Shown here one piece after another: positions 41,976-54,218 of a stretch of DNA of 64,000 bases. Source of the stretch: Candidatus Poriferihabitaceae bacterium (GTDB lineage Bacteria > Pseudomonadota > Gammaproteobacteria > Arenicellales > Poriferihabitantaceae); the NCBI GenBank assembly GCA_965208975.1, contig CBDBQH010000003.1, positions 1,604,792 through 1,668,791 of the forward strand. Reading direction: 5' to 3'. The notes under the pieces are model-generated. The model made no database searches. It had not been told where the DNA came from and worked only from the letters and a program-made list of their open reading frames with translations. How positions within the stretch are numbered: position 1 is the stretch's first letter; each line of letters begins with the position of its first letter. The translations under genes and the position numbers were made by a program.

Positions 41976-42455
41976 ATGGAAACCCCATACGACAGTCGGC
42001 AGATCGCCAATCGCCTGATCCGGATATCGAATCAGTATGGCATGCCCATGTCGATTATGCGTGTACTCAAACTCGCCTATCTGGTACATGGCTGGACCTT
42101 GGCGCTCATTGAGAAACCTTTAGTCAACGATTATGTTCAGGCATGGAAGTACGGCCCTGTTATCCCAAGCATTTACTATGCCTTCCGTCCGTATGGAATA
42201 TACGATCTCAAACCGATTCCGCTTGTTCAGGAGGATGATATGGATGACGAGATGGATAGCTTGATGGTATCCGTCTACGGTCTGTATGACCATCTCTCCG
42301 CAAACCAGTTATCGGCTTTGACACATATCAAGGGCGGCCCCTGGCACACCGTATATGAGCGCGGGAAACGAGGAGTTATTATCCCTAACGAATTGATTGC
42401 AGAGCACTTCAAAGACAAGCTGGAACGATCAGGAAATGGTGACACCACCCACTAG
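41976..42455 (+). CDS. Panacea (DUF4065, GepA/SocA-like) domain protein, putative antitoxin
   Basis: SIMRVLKLAYLVHGWTLALIEKPLVNDYVQAWKYGPVIPSIYYAF fits the DUF4065 core (KL.YL..g..l......pl....f.AW.yGPV). This is from memory and was not searched. Confidence 0.65.
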   Translation: METPYDSRQIANRLIRISNQYGMPMSIMRVLKLAYLVHGWTLALIEKPLVNDYVQAWKYGPVIPSIYYAFRPYGIYDLKPIPLVQEDDMDDEMDSLMVSVYGLYDHLSANQLSALTHIKGGPWHTVYERGKRGVIIPNELIAEHFKDKLERSGNGDTTH

Positions 42456-42789
42456 TGACCCGGATATTGCAGCCCTCGACGTGGATGCAATTCGGGAGCT
42501 GAACCCGCTAGACAAACACCACATGAGGCTACGATGGGCAGCCATCTCCGTTGCAATCCTCACCATTATTGCAGCAGGTATCCTGAAAGTATGTATCCTG
42601 CGTTACTCCAATCTTTGGCAGAGTATGGCGGATGCTTTCGTTTTTTTAGCCATTGCGCCGATTGTATGTATCACTATTATCGTGACCTTCATCCTGATTG
42701 GATCATTCAGGAAATCAGGAGATGCTGAAATGAATCTGACTGGCGCCGCGCGGCTGGCTGGTCAAACATTGAGAGGGACACCGGAATAA
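42436..42789 (+). CDS. Small two-TM membrane protein overlapping the Panacea-domain gene; candidate toxin partner
   Basis: The hydrophobic segments are WAAISVAILTIIAAGILKVCIL and AFVFLAIAPIVCITIIVTFILIG. It overlaps the upstream stop by 20 nt. The start could be 42397, 42436 or 42523. Confidence 0.5.
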   Translation: MVTPPTSDPDIAALDVDAIRELNPLDKHHMRLRWAAISVAILTIIAAGILKVCILRYSNLWQSMADAFVFLAIAPIVCITIIVTFILIGSFRKSGDAEMNLTGAARLAGQTLRGTPE

Positions 42790-42796
42790 CAGAAGT

Positions 42797-43063
42797 TCAC
42801 GCTAATGTTGGTAATAGTATGGTATACGAAAGTTTCCGCTTTAATTTGTCCGGTAAAGTTATTGCCGTCAGCATCTCATCACTTTTTGACGACAATACGG
42901 CCTCTTGGGTCGTGAGTGGTGAAAGCATGATCGCCGGGTTGGGAATACCCTGCAACAAACCATCGTAGCGCGCCAACTCCGCATTCGCATCTCCAATCCC
43001 CGTAATCAGGCTTTTATAATCCAGGTTTCGAACCGGAAGTTCATCCACGATATAAGGCTTCAT
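42797..43063 (-). pseudogene. Fic-family protein fragment (Fic_N region only)
   Basis: LPVRNLDYKSLITGIGDANAELARYDGLLQGIPNPAIMLSPLTTQEAVLSSK matches the Fic N-terminal domain up to the EAxxSSxIEG motif, after which the sequence is unrelated. No HPFx(D/E)GNGR core is present. Confidence 0.6.
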
Positions 43064-43134
43064 CCGGTTTCCCCTGGTTTTATTTTTTGCATATCGCTTC
43101 TCGTAATCCTGTATTTACCATTTTTGTTGAGTCT

Positions 43135-43200
43135 CTGGCTGCAACAAGATCGTTTGTTGCAGCCAGATTCGATTATACGCGCAACAAGATCGTTTGTTGC
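43135..43200. repeat. Two copies of the hairpin gcaacaa-gatcgt-ttgttgc (the first extends to a 13-bp stem at 43135..43166; the second is at 43181..43200); possible terminator of the DUF1244 gene
   Basis: ctggctgcaacaagatcgtttgttgcagccag is a perfect inverted repeat lying 20-80 nt downstream of the minus-strand stop at 43219. No clear U-tract follows. Confidence 0.45.
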
Positions 43201-43218
43201 ACTTGCAGACTCCACAAA

Positions 43219-43539
43219 TCATTCAGTCGCCTTTTTCTGACTTTCCTCGTACTTTCCCATCTGCTCTCGCGTGGCTTTTTGCTGATAAGTGGCCTTGTAT
43301 TCGTTGTACGGCATGCCGTAGATGATTTCCCGCGCCTGATCGTAGTCGAGCTCAATACCCTGTTCCCGGGCGGCGCTCATGTACCATTTGGAGAAACAGT
43401 TGCGGCAAAAATAGGCCAGATTCATCAGGTCGATATTCTGCACCTCCGGATTCTTACGCAAGTGGTTGATCATTTTCCTGAAGACCGCCGCTTCAATGTG
43501 AGTACTCTGGAGATCATTTATTTCCGGTAATTCAGTCAT
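43219..43539 (-). CDS. DUF1244 domain protein
   Basis: VQNIDLMNLAYFCRNCFSKWY...IIYGMPYNEYK. Confidence 0.7.
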   Translation of the reverse strand: MTELPEINDLQSTHIEAAVFRKMINHLRKNPEVQNIDLMNLAYFCRNCFSKWYMSAAREQGIELDYDQAREIIYGMPYNEYKATYQQKATREQMGKYEESQKKATE

Positions 43540-43599
43540 GGTTCATTCTCTGTCAATAATATGATTGGCCTTTTGCTATACTCTACCTGTAGCCAAAAC

Positions 43600-44619
43600 A
43601 TGTCAACCATGCTCGCCATGCCCATCCCGAAACCCGAAATCGACGCAGTCAGTCACGCGCGCTCTGTCATTGAGATTGAGGCCGCCGCCGTGCTGGCCCT
43701 GCCGGAGCGCCTGGACAGCGGATTTGGCAAGGCATGCGACATGATACTCCGGTGTGAGGGACGGGTTATCGTGATCGGCATGGGTAAATCAGGGCATATC
43801 GGCGGCAAGATTGCAGCCACTCTGGCGAGCACCGGAACCCCGGCCTTTTTCCTGCATCCGGGAGAAGCCAGTCATGGCGACCTGGGAATGCTGACCACTC
43901 GCGACCTGGCTATCGTTATCTCCAATTCAGGAGAAACCGTGGAGGTGGTTTCGATCATTCCGATTGTCAAACGACTCGGAGTCAAACTGATTGCGATGAC
44001 CGGCAATCCGGTCTCGACACTGGGGCGTCAATCCGATGCCCATCTGGATGTCGGCGTGGAGCGGGAAGCATGCCCGCACAATCTTGCGCCAACCGCGAGT
44101 ACAACCGCGACTCTGGTTATGGGCGATGCGCTGGCGGTGGCGGTGCAGAAACTGCGCGGATTTTCAGTCCAGGATTTTGCCCGAACCCATCCCGGCGGCA
44201 TGCTGGGCAAGCGTTTGTTGCTGTACGCCCGCGACCTGATGCATACGGGCGATGAGCTTCCCCTGGTCCGGGAGCAGTCAACCATGGACAGGCTATTGCT
44301 CGAAATGTCCTCCAAATCATTAGGCATGGTCGGTGTAGTTGACCAGGACAACCGCTTACTGGGTATGTTCACCGATGGGGATTTGCGGCGAGCGCTGGAA
44401 AAAGAGGTCAATGTGTACCAGAGTAAGGCGGGTGATTTGATGACCAGAGACCCGTTTACCATCAGCCCGGATACACTGGCGGAGGAAATTGTCAAAACCA
44501 TGCGGGATTTTGCGCAACAAGGCCCCCATGCAATCAATGGCCTGTTCGTGGTGGACGAAAACCATCAGGTGGCAGGAGCGCTGAACACCCATGACCTGCT
44601 GCGTAGTGGCGTAATATAA
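43600..44619 (+). CDS. kdsD: Arabinose-5-phosphate isomerase (SIS + 2 CBS)
   Basis: GMGKSGHIGGKIAATLASTGTPAFFLHPGEASHGDLGM. The exact start (43600, 43609 or 43618) is uncertain. Confidence 0.9.
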   Translation: MSTMLAMPIPKPEIDAVSHARSVIEIEAAAVLALPERLDSGFGKACDMILRCEGRVIVIGMGKSGHIGGKIAATLASTGTPAFFLHPGEASHGDLGMLTTRDLAIVISNSGETVEVVSIIPIVKRLGVKLIAMTGNPVSTLGRQSDAHLDVGVEREACPHNLAPTASTTATLVMGDALAVAVQKLRGFSVQDFARTHPGGMLGKRLLLYARDLMHTGDELPLVREQSTMDRLLLEMSSKSLGMVGVVDQDNRLLGMFTDGDLRRALEKEVNVYQSKAGDLMTRDPFTISPDTLAEEIVKTMRDFAQQGPHAINGLFVVDENHQVAGALNTHDLLRSGVI

Positions 44620-44622
44620 TTG

Positions 44623-45066
44623 ATGCGCCCGCTCAGGGAAAATCTGGTGTTGGTCGCAGTACTGGCCGGAGTATTCATCATTTTCTCCCTGTCGTCTGTC
44701 TGGATTCAGTTTGACCTGTTGGGCGAACCGGACAACGCAACAGCCCCCGGAGAGAATGAGCCGGACTATTTTATCGAAAACCTGACTGCAACCACCATCG
44801 GGGAAAACGGAAAGAAATACCGGATCATCGCGGACAGGCTGGTACATTATCCTGTCGCAGGCCGCTCACTGCTGAATAATCCGCAAGTCATACAATATGA
44901 ATCCGACCAACCCCTGAGCCGTACTTATGCGGACCAGGGGTGGATGTATGATGATCAGTCTACTGTTCTCCTGAATGGGAATGTCCGTGTCTCCGATATG
45001 CGGGACGGAGTGGCCCATAGTGTCGCCACATCGGATAAAATGACGATCAACCTGAAAGGCAAATAA
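44623..45066 (+). CDS. lptC: LPS export protein LptC
   Basis: It has an N-terminal TM anchor, the PDYFIENL motif, and sits between kdsD and lptA. Confidence 0.75.
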   Translation: MRPLRENLVLVAVLAGVFIIFSLSSVWIQFDLLGEPDNATAPGENEPDYFIENLTATTIGENGKKYRIIADRLVHYPVAGRSLLNNPQVIQYESDQPLSRTYADQGWMYDDQSTVLLNGNVRVSDMRDGVAHSVATSDKMTINLKGK

Positions 45067-45085
45067 TGAAAAGGGGTGAAAACGA

Positions 45086-45631
45086 ATGCTGAACCGTACC
45101 ATTGCCGGATTCCTGTTGGGCCTGTCGGGTCTGCTGGCTCAGGCAGTCTGGGCGCTGGATGACGACACCAGTCAGCCCGCCTTCCTGGATGCGGATGACA
45201 TGGAAATTGATTTCACCAAAGGGGTGCGGATCTATCGGGGCAATGTAGTATTCACTCAGGGCAGCATGCGCCTGAATTGCGATAAACTGGTGACTTATCT
45301 GGATGACACCCAGACATTGGAAGAGGCCATTTGCACGGGTGAACCGGCGCGCTTCAAACAACGGCTTCAGGACCAGGATACAGATATGAAGTCCACGGCG
45401 CTGAAAATTACGCTGAATCATGGGAACGACCGGTTGCTACTGGAGAGCCAGGCCCGGATTGAACAGGGGGACTCAGTCATTACCGGGGATAAGGTCAACT
45501 ACAACCTGGCGACCAGGAAGGCGAAAATAACCGGAAATCCTCAAGATGCGCAATCCGGCAGCGACAGTGAATCACCAGACGGCTCCAGGGTTCGGGTAAT
45601 TATCCAGCCCGGGAAAAAGGAAACCGAGTGA
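45086..45631 (+). CDS. lptA: LPS transport periplasmic protein LptA
   Basis: A signal peptide followed by the OstA-like segment DADDMEID...YRGNVVFTQGSMRLNCDKL. Confidence 0.85.
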   Translation: MLNRTIAGFLLGLSGLLAQAVWALDDDTSQPAFLDADDMEIDFTKGVRIYRGNVVFTQGSMRLNCDKLVTYLDDTQTLEEAICTGEPARFKQRLQDQDTDMKSTALKITLNHGNDRLLLESQARIEQGDSVITGDKVNYNLATRKAKITGNPQDAQSGSDSESPDGSRVRVIIQPGKKETE

Positions 45632-45683
45632 GCCTGCCACACAAACTGCCTCCCGAAATGATTACGGGACGGTTTGCCATCCC

Positions 45684-46409
45684 ATGAGAACACTGACTGC
45701 CACAGGGCTGAAAAAGAAATACCGGCAGGTTACGGTTGTCAATGGCATTGACCTGACGGTATCTGACTGCGAAGTAGTCGGCTTGCTGGGCGCGAACGGA
45801 GCGGGTAAAACAACCAGCTTCAATATGGTGGTCGGGCTGGTGCAATGTGATGAGGGGGTAATCCGTCTGGATGATGAAGATATTACCCGCCTGCCCATGC
45901 ACGAACGGGCGCGAAGAGGGATTGGCTATCTACCCCAGGAACACTCGGTATTCAGGAAGCTGACCACTGAACAGAATCTGCTCGCGGTACTCGAAATATC
46001 AGGGAAATACAGCAAGGAAGAGCAACACTGGATCAGCGGGAAGCTTCTTGAGGAATTCGGCATTCTGGGCCTCAGGGACAAGCAGACCATTCAATTATCA
46101 GGCGGTGAACAGCGACGAGTGGAAATCGCCCGGGCGCTTGCTCTTGAACCCAAATTCATTCTGCTGGATGAGCCTTTCGCCGGGATTGATCCGATCGCGG
46201 TTCAGGATGTCCGACATATCATCCAATTGCTCAAGGAAAAGGGAATCGGTGTGTTGATCACCGACCATAATGTCCGCGAGACTCTCGGCATCTGTGATCG
46301 GGCATACCTGATGCACCGGGGACAAGCGCTGGTTTCCGGGCTGCCTTCCGTCATCATGGCCGATGAAAGGGCTCGGGCTGTCTATCTTGGCCAGGACTTC
46401 AAGATGTGA
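45684..46409 (+). CDS. lptB: LPS export ABC transporter ATPase LptB
   Basis: GANGAGKTT, LSGGEQRRVEIARAL and LLDEPFAGIDP motifs are present. Confidence 0.94.
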   Translation: MRTLTATGLKKKYRQVTVVNGIDLTVSDCEVVGLLGANGAGKTTSFNMVVGLVQCDEGVIRLDDEDITRLPMHERARRGIGYLPQEHSVFRKLTTEQNLLAVLEISGKYSKEEQHWISGKLLEEFGILGLRDKQTIQLSGGEQRRVEIARALALEPKFILLDEPFAGIDPIAVQDVRHIIQLLKEKGIGVLITDHNVRETLGICDRAYLMHRGQALVSGLPSVIMADERARAVYLGQDFKM

Positions 46410-46608
46410 CCCGCCCGTTTGCACCCATACACTCACCCATACACTCACCTGCATTTCCGGTCTTTTTGTTGTACACTGAAAACATGTACCATAAAGAGCG
46501 GCTAACGATTCGCGTTCCCGATGAACCAGTCCATGTCGGTTGCGGCCTCGCGACCAGGTTGTCGGGAACCCATAACCAAAACCAACCGTAACCCCTGGAG
46601 CAAAATTT

Positions 46609-46932
46609 ATGCAAATATCTGTAAGTGGACAACATCTTGAAATAACCGATTCCCTGTATCATCACGTATCAGAAAAAGTCGAAAAGATCGCGCGGCATTT
46701 TGACTCTGTTACCAAGACCAATGTGGTACTGCATGTTGAGAAAACCCGGCATATTGCAGAAGCCACCGTAAATACGAAAGGCGCCATGATTCACGCTTCA
46801 AGCACGGCAGAAGACATGTATACGGCAATTGACGCGCTGGTACACAAGCTGGACAGGCAGGTCATCAAGCACAAGGAAAAACGGGGTGACCACCACAGGA
46901 ACACCGAATCCATCAAACATATCCCCGGATGA
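46609..46932 (+). CDS. hpf: Ribosome hibernation promoting factor
   Basis: MQISVSGQHLEITDSLYHHVSEKVEKIARHF... Confidence 0.92.
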   Translation: MQISVSGQHLEITDSLYHHVSEKVEKIARHFDSVTKTNVVLHVEKTRHIAEATVNTKGAMIHASSTAEDMYTAIDALVHKLDRQVIKHKEKRGDHHRNTESIKHIPG

Positions 46933-47474
46933 CTGACTCAGTAAACGATACGGCTCATTATCATGATGAGCCGTTCACTGCCCCCGGTATAAACCTGAAA
47001 GAATACCTGAGTCGCGATCTGGTCATTACAGACATGGAGGTAACCAGCAAAAAGCGGCTGCTGGAACAATTTGCCAAACTGATTGCCAACAGCGCCGAAG
47101 AACCGGACGGTCATGATGAAAACAGGCCCGATCTCGATCTGATTTTCGACACTTTATATAATCGCGAGCGTCTCGGCTGCACGGCGCTCGGCAAAGGGAT
47201 CGCGTTACCTCATGGTCGGATTGAGGGATTGACCGAACCAGTCATTTCAATCGCCAGACTCAAACAGCCGGTGGACTATGATGCGTCGGACGGCCTGCCC
47301 GTCTGGCTCGCGGTCTGCCTGCTGGTTCCGGTAAATGCCCATAATGTGCATCTGAACCTGCTTGCCTTGCTTGCGGGGAAGTTCAATGATGAACAATTTA
47401 CAGATGATCTCAGGCAAACCCGGACCGCGGAGGCATTGTATCACTGTTTCGTTGATGACCAGACCCGATACTGA
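46929..47474 (+). CDS. ptsN: PTS IIA-like nitrogen regulatory protein (EIIA-Ntr)
   Basis: The phosphorylatable-His motif GKGIALPHGRIEG and the gene's position after hpf support the call. Confidence 0.88.
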   Translation: MTDSVNDTAHYHDEPFTAPGINLKEYLSRDLVITDMEVTSKKRLLEQFAKLIANSAEEPDGHDENRPDLDLIFDTLYNRERLGCTALGKGIALPHGRIEGLTEPVISIARLKQPVDYDASDGLPVWLAVCLLVPVNAHNVHLNLLALLAGKFNDEQFTDDLRQTRTAEALYHCFVDDQTRY

Positions 47475-48345
47475 CATTATCATCATTAGCGGCCTGTCCG
47501 GCTCTGGCAAAAGTGTCGCATTGCAGTCGCTGGAAGACATTGGCTATTTTTGTATCGACAATCTGCCGGCGCCCCTGTTGCATCAGTTTATTGCTGATTT
47601 TCCTGATCAGAACAGCGCCATCAACACCGATAGCGGCGAATTTTCAGGCGCTGCGGTGAGCATAGATTCTCGCAACAAAAGTTATCTGGCCGACCTGAAT
47701 ACCCATTTATCGACGCTCAGGGAGCATGGCATCCGCTACCGGATCCTGTTTCTCGAAGCGCAAGAGTGGCAGCTGGTTCGCCGATATAGCGGAACCCGCA
47801 GAAAACACCCGCTCACCGATACCCGGACATCGCTGGTTGAGGGTATTCGTCTTGAGTGCGTCCTGACCCGCCCCCTCCACGACCGGGCGGATCATGTCAT
47901 CAATACCACCGATATGACCCCGCATGAACTGCGCGGTCTGATTCGGGATTTTGCCGGCGACGGCCTGTCCTCCACTCCGCTGTTCCTGATCGAATCGTTT
48001 GGTTTCAAGCACGGCGCCCCGCGGGAGGCGGATTTCGTGTTCGATGTCAGATGCCTGCCCAATCCGTATTGGGATGAATCTCTCCGGTCACTGAATGGGC
48101 TGGACCAGGCGGTTCAGGACTTCATGGGGAACAAACAGATTGTGAATGACATGAAAACGGAGATATTCCGGTTTCTGGGGAAATGGCTACCAGGATTTAT
48201 CAGCGAAAACCGGAGCTACATTACTGTGGCGATAGGCTGTACCGGCGGCCGGCACCGCTCCGTCTTTATCAGCGAACAGTTGATGCGGCTTTTTGCGGGA
48301 GAGGGGATTGACGTGCAGATACGCCATCGCGACATTGCAAAATGA
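47455..48345 (+). CDS. rapZ: RNase adapter protein RapZ
   Basis: IIIISGLSGSGKSVALQSLEDIGYFCIDNLP ... CTGGRHRSV. The start at MTRPDTD (47455) is inferred by comparison with E. coli RapZ. Confidence 0.9.
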   Translation: MTRPDTDIIIISGLSGSGKSVALQSLEDIGYFCIDNLPAPLLHQFIADFPDQNSAINTDSGEFSGAAVSIDSRNKSYLADLNTHLSTLREHGIRYRILFLEAQEWQLVRRYSGTRRKHPLTDTRTSLVEGIRLECVLTRPLHDRADHVINTTDMTPHELRGLIRDFAGDGLSSTPLFLIESFGFKHGAPREADFVFDVRCLPNPYWDESLRSLNGLDQAVQDFMGNKQIVNDMKTEIFRFLGKWLPGFISENRSYITVAIGCTGGRHRSVFISEQLMRLFAGEGIDVQIRHRDIAK

Positions 48346-48614
48346 GAGTGCACAAACAGATTCAGGTAATCAATAAACTTGGGTTGCATGCCCGCGCCGC
48401 CGCCAGACTGGTCAGGCTGTGTTGCGACTATGAAAGTGAAATCGCGCTCCACAATGGCGAGAAGTCCGTGGACGCCAAAAGCATCATGGGTGTGATGATG
48501 CTGGCCGCGACCCAGGGTTCATCACTTGAACTGGTGGTTGAGGGCGATGATGCTGAGGTGGCCAGCGAAGAAATAGCCGCATTGTTCGAGAATTATTTCG
48601 ATGAAGGAGAATAG
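48342..48614 (+). CDS. ptsO: HPr-like phosphocarrier NPr
   Basis: INKLGLHARAAARLV carries the active-site His. Confidence 0.9.
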   Translation: MRVHKQIQVINKLGLHARAAARLVRLCCDYESEIALHNGEKSVDAKSIMGVMMLAATQGSSLELVVEGDDAEVASEEIAALFENYFDEGE

Positions 48615-48629
48615 GATGCAAAGGAAACC

Positions 48630-50372
48630 ATGTTAGCGCTATATGGAAACGGCATCGGCTATGGCATTGCCATCGGCGCCGCCCGGGTGATGCGGCAATC
48701 CGCTCGGGATATTCCGGGCTACGACATAGACCCTGAACACATCGAACAGGAAGTCGGACGTCTCAAGCAGGCGATCCGGAACGCCGCCCGGAGACTGGCG
48801 ACTATTGATGCCCAGTTACCCGCTGAAGGGGCCTCTGAAATTCGCGGCATACTGAACGCGCATCTATTGATGCTGGACGATCCGATGCTTAGTCAGGAGC
48901 CTGTTTCCATCATCCGCAAGCAAGGCATCAATGCGGAAGCTGCACTCAAGCTGCACGCCAATCATCTCGACAAGGTATTCAACGAAATTGACGACCCCTA
49001 TCTGAGCAGCAAGTCGGTTGACGTAGTGCAGGTTATCAACCGTATTCAGGATGCGTTGATGGATGAGCGGGATGACCCGGACGCCGCGCCTGAAGGTGAA
49101 AGCGCTGAAGGAGTATTGGACGCGGAAATCATTGTAGCCAATGATCTGACCCCCGCCGACACGATCGAGCTGAACAAACATCATATCCGGGGATTCATCA
49201 CCAATCTCGGCAGCCCGATTTCACACACCGCGATTCTGGCGAAAAGCCTGAAAATCCCGGCTATTGTCGGATTGCACGGCAGTATTCGCTACCTGCGTAC
49301 CGGAGACCAGTTGATTATAGACGGCAAGCGGGGAGTGGTCCTTGTCGACCCCGATGAGGCTACGCTGGAAGCCTATCGAATCAGGAGAGAGAAAATTCTT
49401 CGCCGCTCCCAGGAGCTCGAAGCCCTGGTGGAAGAGCCCGCCACCACTCTGGACGGTATTGAGGTGGCATTGAACTCCAACATTGAATTACCTGAGGAAA
49501 TGCCCGAAAGCGAGTCATTGAACGCCGCGGGAATCGGCCTGTATCGAACTGAATTCCTGTATATGAATCGTGCCGGAATCCCGGATGAAGAGGAACAATA
49601 CCAGAAATACAGCCAGGTACTGAATCAGACGACCCGCCCGGTCACCTTTCGCACCCTGGATATCGGCGGAGATAAGCCAGTGGAAGGAATCAGTGTCAAT
49701 AATTTAATCACCAATCCCGCCCTGGGGCGGCGCGCGATTCGATTATGCCTGCACGACCTGGCTCTGTTCAAACCCCAGTTGCGGGCAATTTACAGGGCGG
49801 CGGCTCACGGACGAGTCAAACTGCTGGCGCCCATGCTGTCCAACATGGATGAACTGGATCAATTGTTTGCCCTGCTCCATGAGGTGCGTGAAGAGCTTCG
49901 CTCCCAGGGTTTTGATTACGACCCCGACGTGCCTGTCGGCGGCATGATCGAAGTGCCGGCGGCGGCGGTTGCAGCCGACCTGTTCGCGGACAAGCTCGAT
50001 TTTCTGGCTATTGGCACCAACGACCTGATTCAATACACGTTAGCGATTGATCGGGTTGATGATGAAGTGAACTATCTTTATGACCCGTTGCATCCCTCCA
50101 TTTTGAGATTGATCCAGACTACAATCAATGCCGGGAAAGCGGCGCGGATTCCGGTTTCCATGTGCGGTGAAATGGCCGGCAATATACGTTACACCCGTTT
50201 GTTGCTTGGCATGGGGCTGCGGGATTTCAGCATGGACCCGTCGGCTATCCTCGAAGTGAAGCGGCAAGTTCGACTCACGGATACCACCAAAGTCCAGCCT
50301 TTGGTAGAACGACTGCTGAAAACGGCCGATCAGAAGCAGGCCAAACGGTTAATCCACGAAATCAATGCCTGA
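48630..50372 (+). CDS. ptsI: Phosphoenolpyruvate--protein phosphotransferase (Enzyme I, no GAF domain)
   Basis: A 580-aa ORF with GSPISHTAILAKSLKIPA (active-site His) and GTNDLIQY. Confidence 0.9.
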   Translation: MLALYGNGIGYGIAIGAARVMRQSARDIPGYDIDPEHIEQEVGRLKQAIRNAARRLATIDAQLPAEGASEIRGILNAHLLMLDDPMLSQEPVSIIRKQGINAEAALKLHANHLDKVFNEIDDPYLSSKSVDVVQVINRIQDALMDERDDPDAAPEGESAEGVLDAEIIVANDLTPADTIELNKHHIRGFITNLGSPISHTAILAKSLKIPAIVGLHGSIRYLRTGDQLIIDGKRGVVLVDPDEATLEAYRIRREKILRRSQELEALVEEPATTLDGIEVALNSNIELPEEMPESESLNAAGIGLYRTEFLYMNRAGIPDEEEQYQKYSQVLNQTTRPVTFRTLDIGGDKPVEGISVNNLITNPALGRRAIRLCLHDLALFKPQLRAIYRAAAHGRVKLLAPMLSNMDELDQLFALLHEVREELRSQGFDYDPDVPVGGMIEVPAAAVAADLFADKLDFLAIGTNDLIQYTLAIDRVDDEVNYLYDPLHPSILRLIQTTINAGKAARIPVSMCGEMAGNIRYTRLLLGMGLRDFSMDPSAILEVKRQVRLTDTTKVQPLVERLLKTADQKQAKRLIHEINA

Positions 50373-50479
50373 TGAGCGCCGACAAACCAGACAGCGAACC
50401 CCCGATCTGTTGACGTAATCTTAGGCAACCGTCAAATTAGTATTTGACACAACTCGAGAAAATCTCCCATAATCCACAC

Positions 50480-50790
50480 AATCACTCCCCCTCTTGAGGG
50501 GGAGTCGAAGAAGCCGGGACACCGGCTGATTCGGTGGGGGCAAAATCATTCCCCCCTTGAGGGGGAATCCAACAGAAGCAACGAGTCACGAAACAGCAGG
50601 AACCAGACATGATGAAAAGAGAATCAGTCACGCCCACCCCGATTCGCAGGGCAAATCACTCCCCCCTTGAGGGGGAGTCAAATCCGTGTAGCGGATTTGG
50701 TGGGGGGTATTCCCACCCCAATCGTAGAGCCTGCCCCCGGCCTGATCGGGGGGGCGGGTCACCGTGCCCGCCCGCTCTAATGTCGGATCA
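50480..50790. repeat. Cluster of REP-like palindromic modules upstream of the autotransporter gene
   Basis: cccc(c/t)ttgaggggga hairpins lie at about 50483, 50547 and 50657. An aaatccg-tgtag-cggattt hairpin lies at 50679. The gggcggg...cccgccc module lies at 50723..50773. Several modules are repeated in inverted orientation at 54262..54444. Confidence 0.85.
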
Positions 50791-50833
50791 TGAACAAAAG
50801 CCAAATTTCCACTTGACAAGTAAGTTCAAAGAT

Positions 50834-50844
50834 GCTGTTACAAT
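50834..50844 (+). promoter_or_regulatory. Candidate extended -10 promoter element (TGtTACAAT) immediately upstream of the tetranucleotide tract
   Basis: The sequence reads tgctgTTACAAT. A TTGACA lies at 50813..50818, but the 20-nt spacer is non-optimal. Confidence 0.3.
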
Positions 50845-50846
50845 GA

Positions 50847-54215
<3,369 letters not shown>

Positions 54216-54218
54216 CAG

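Noticed and set aside
46410-46608. A small RNA or degenerate rpoN remnant in the lptB-hpf spacer
   Set aside because: Only a 13-nt tandem duplication and short ORFs with no RpoN-like motifs are visible. 199 nt is too short to judge by eye, so it is left uncalled.
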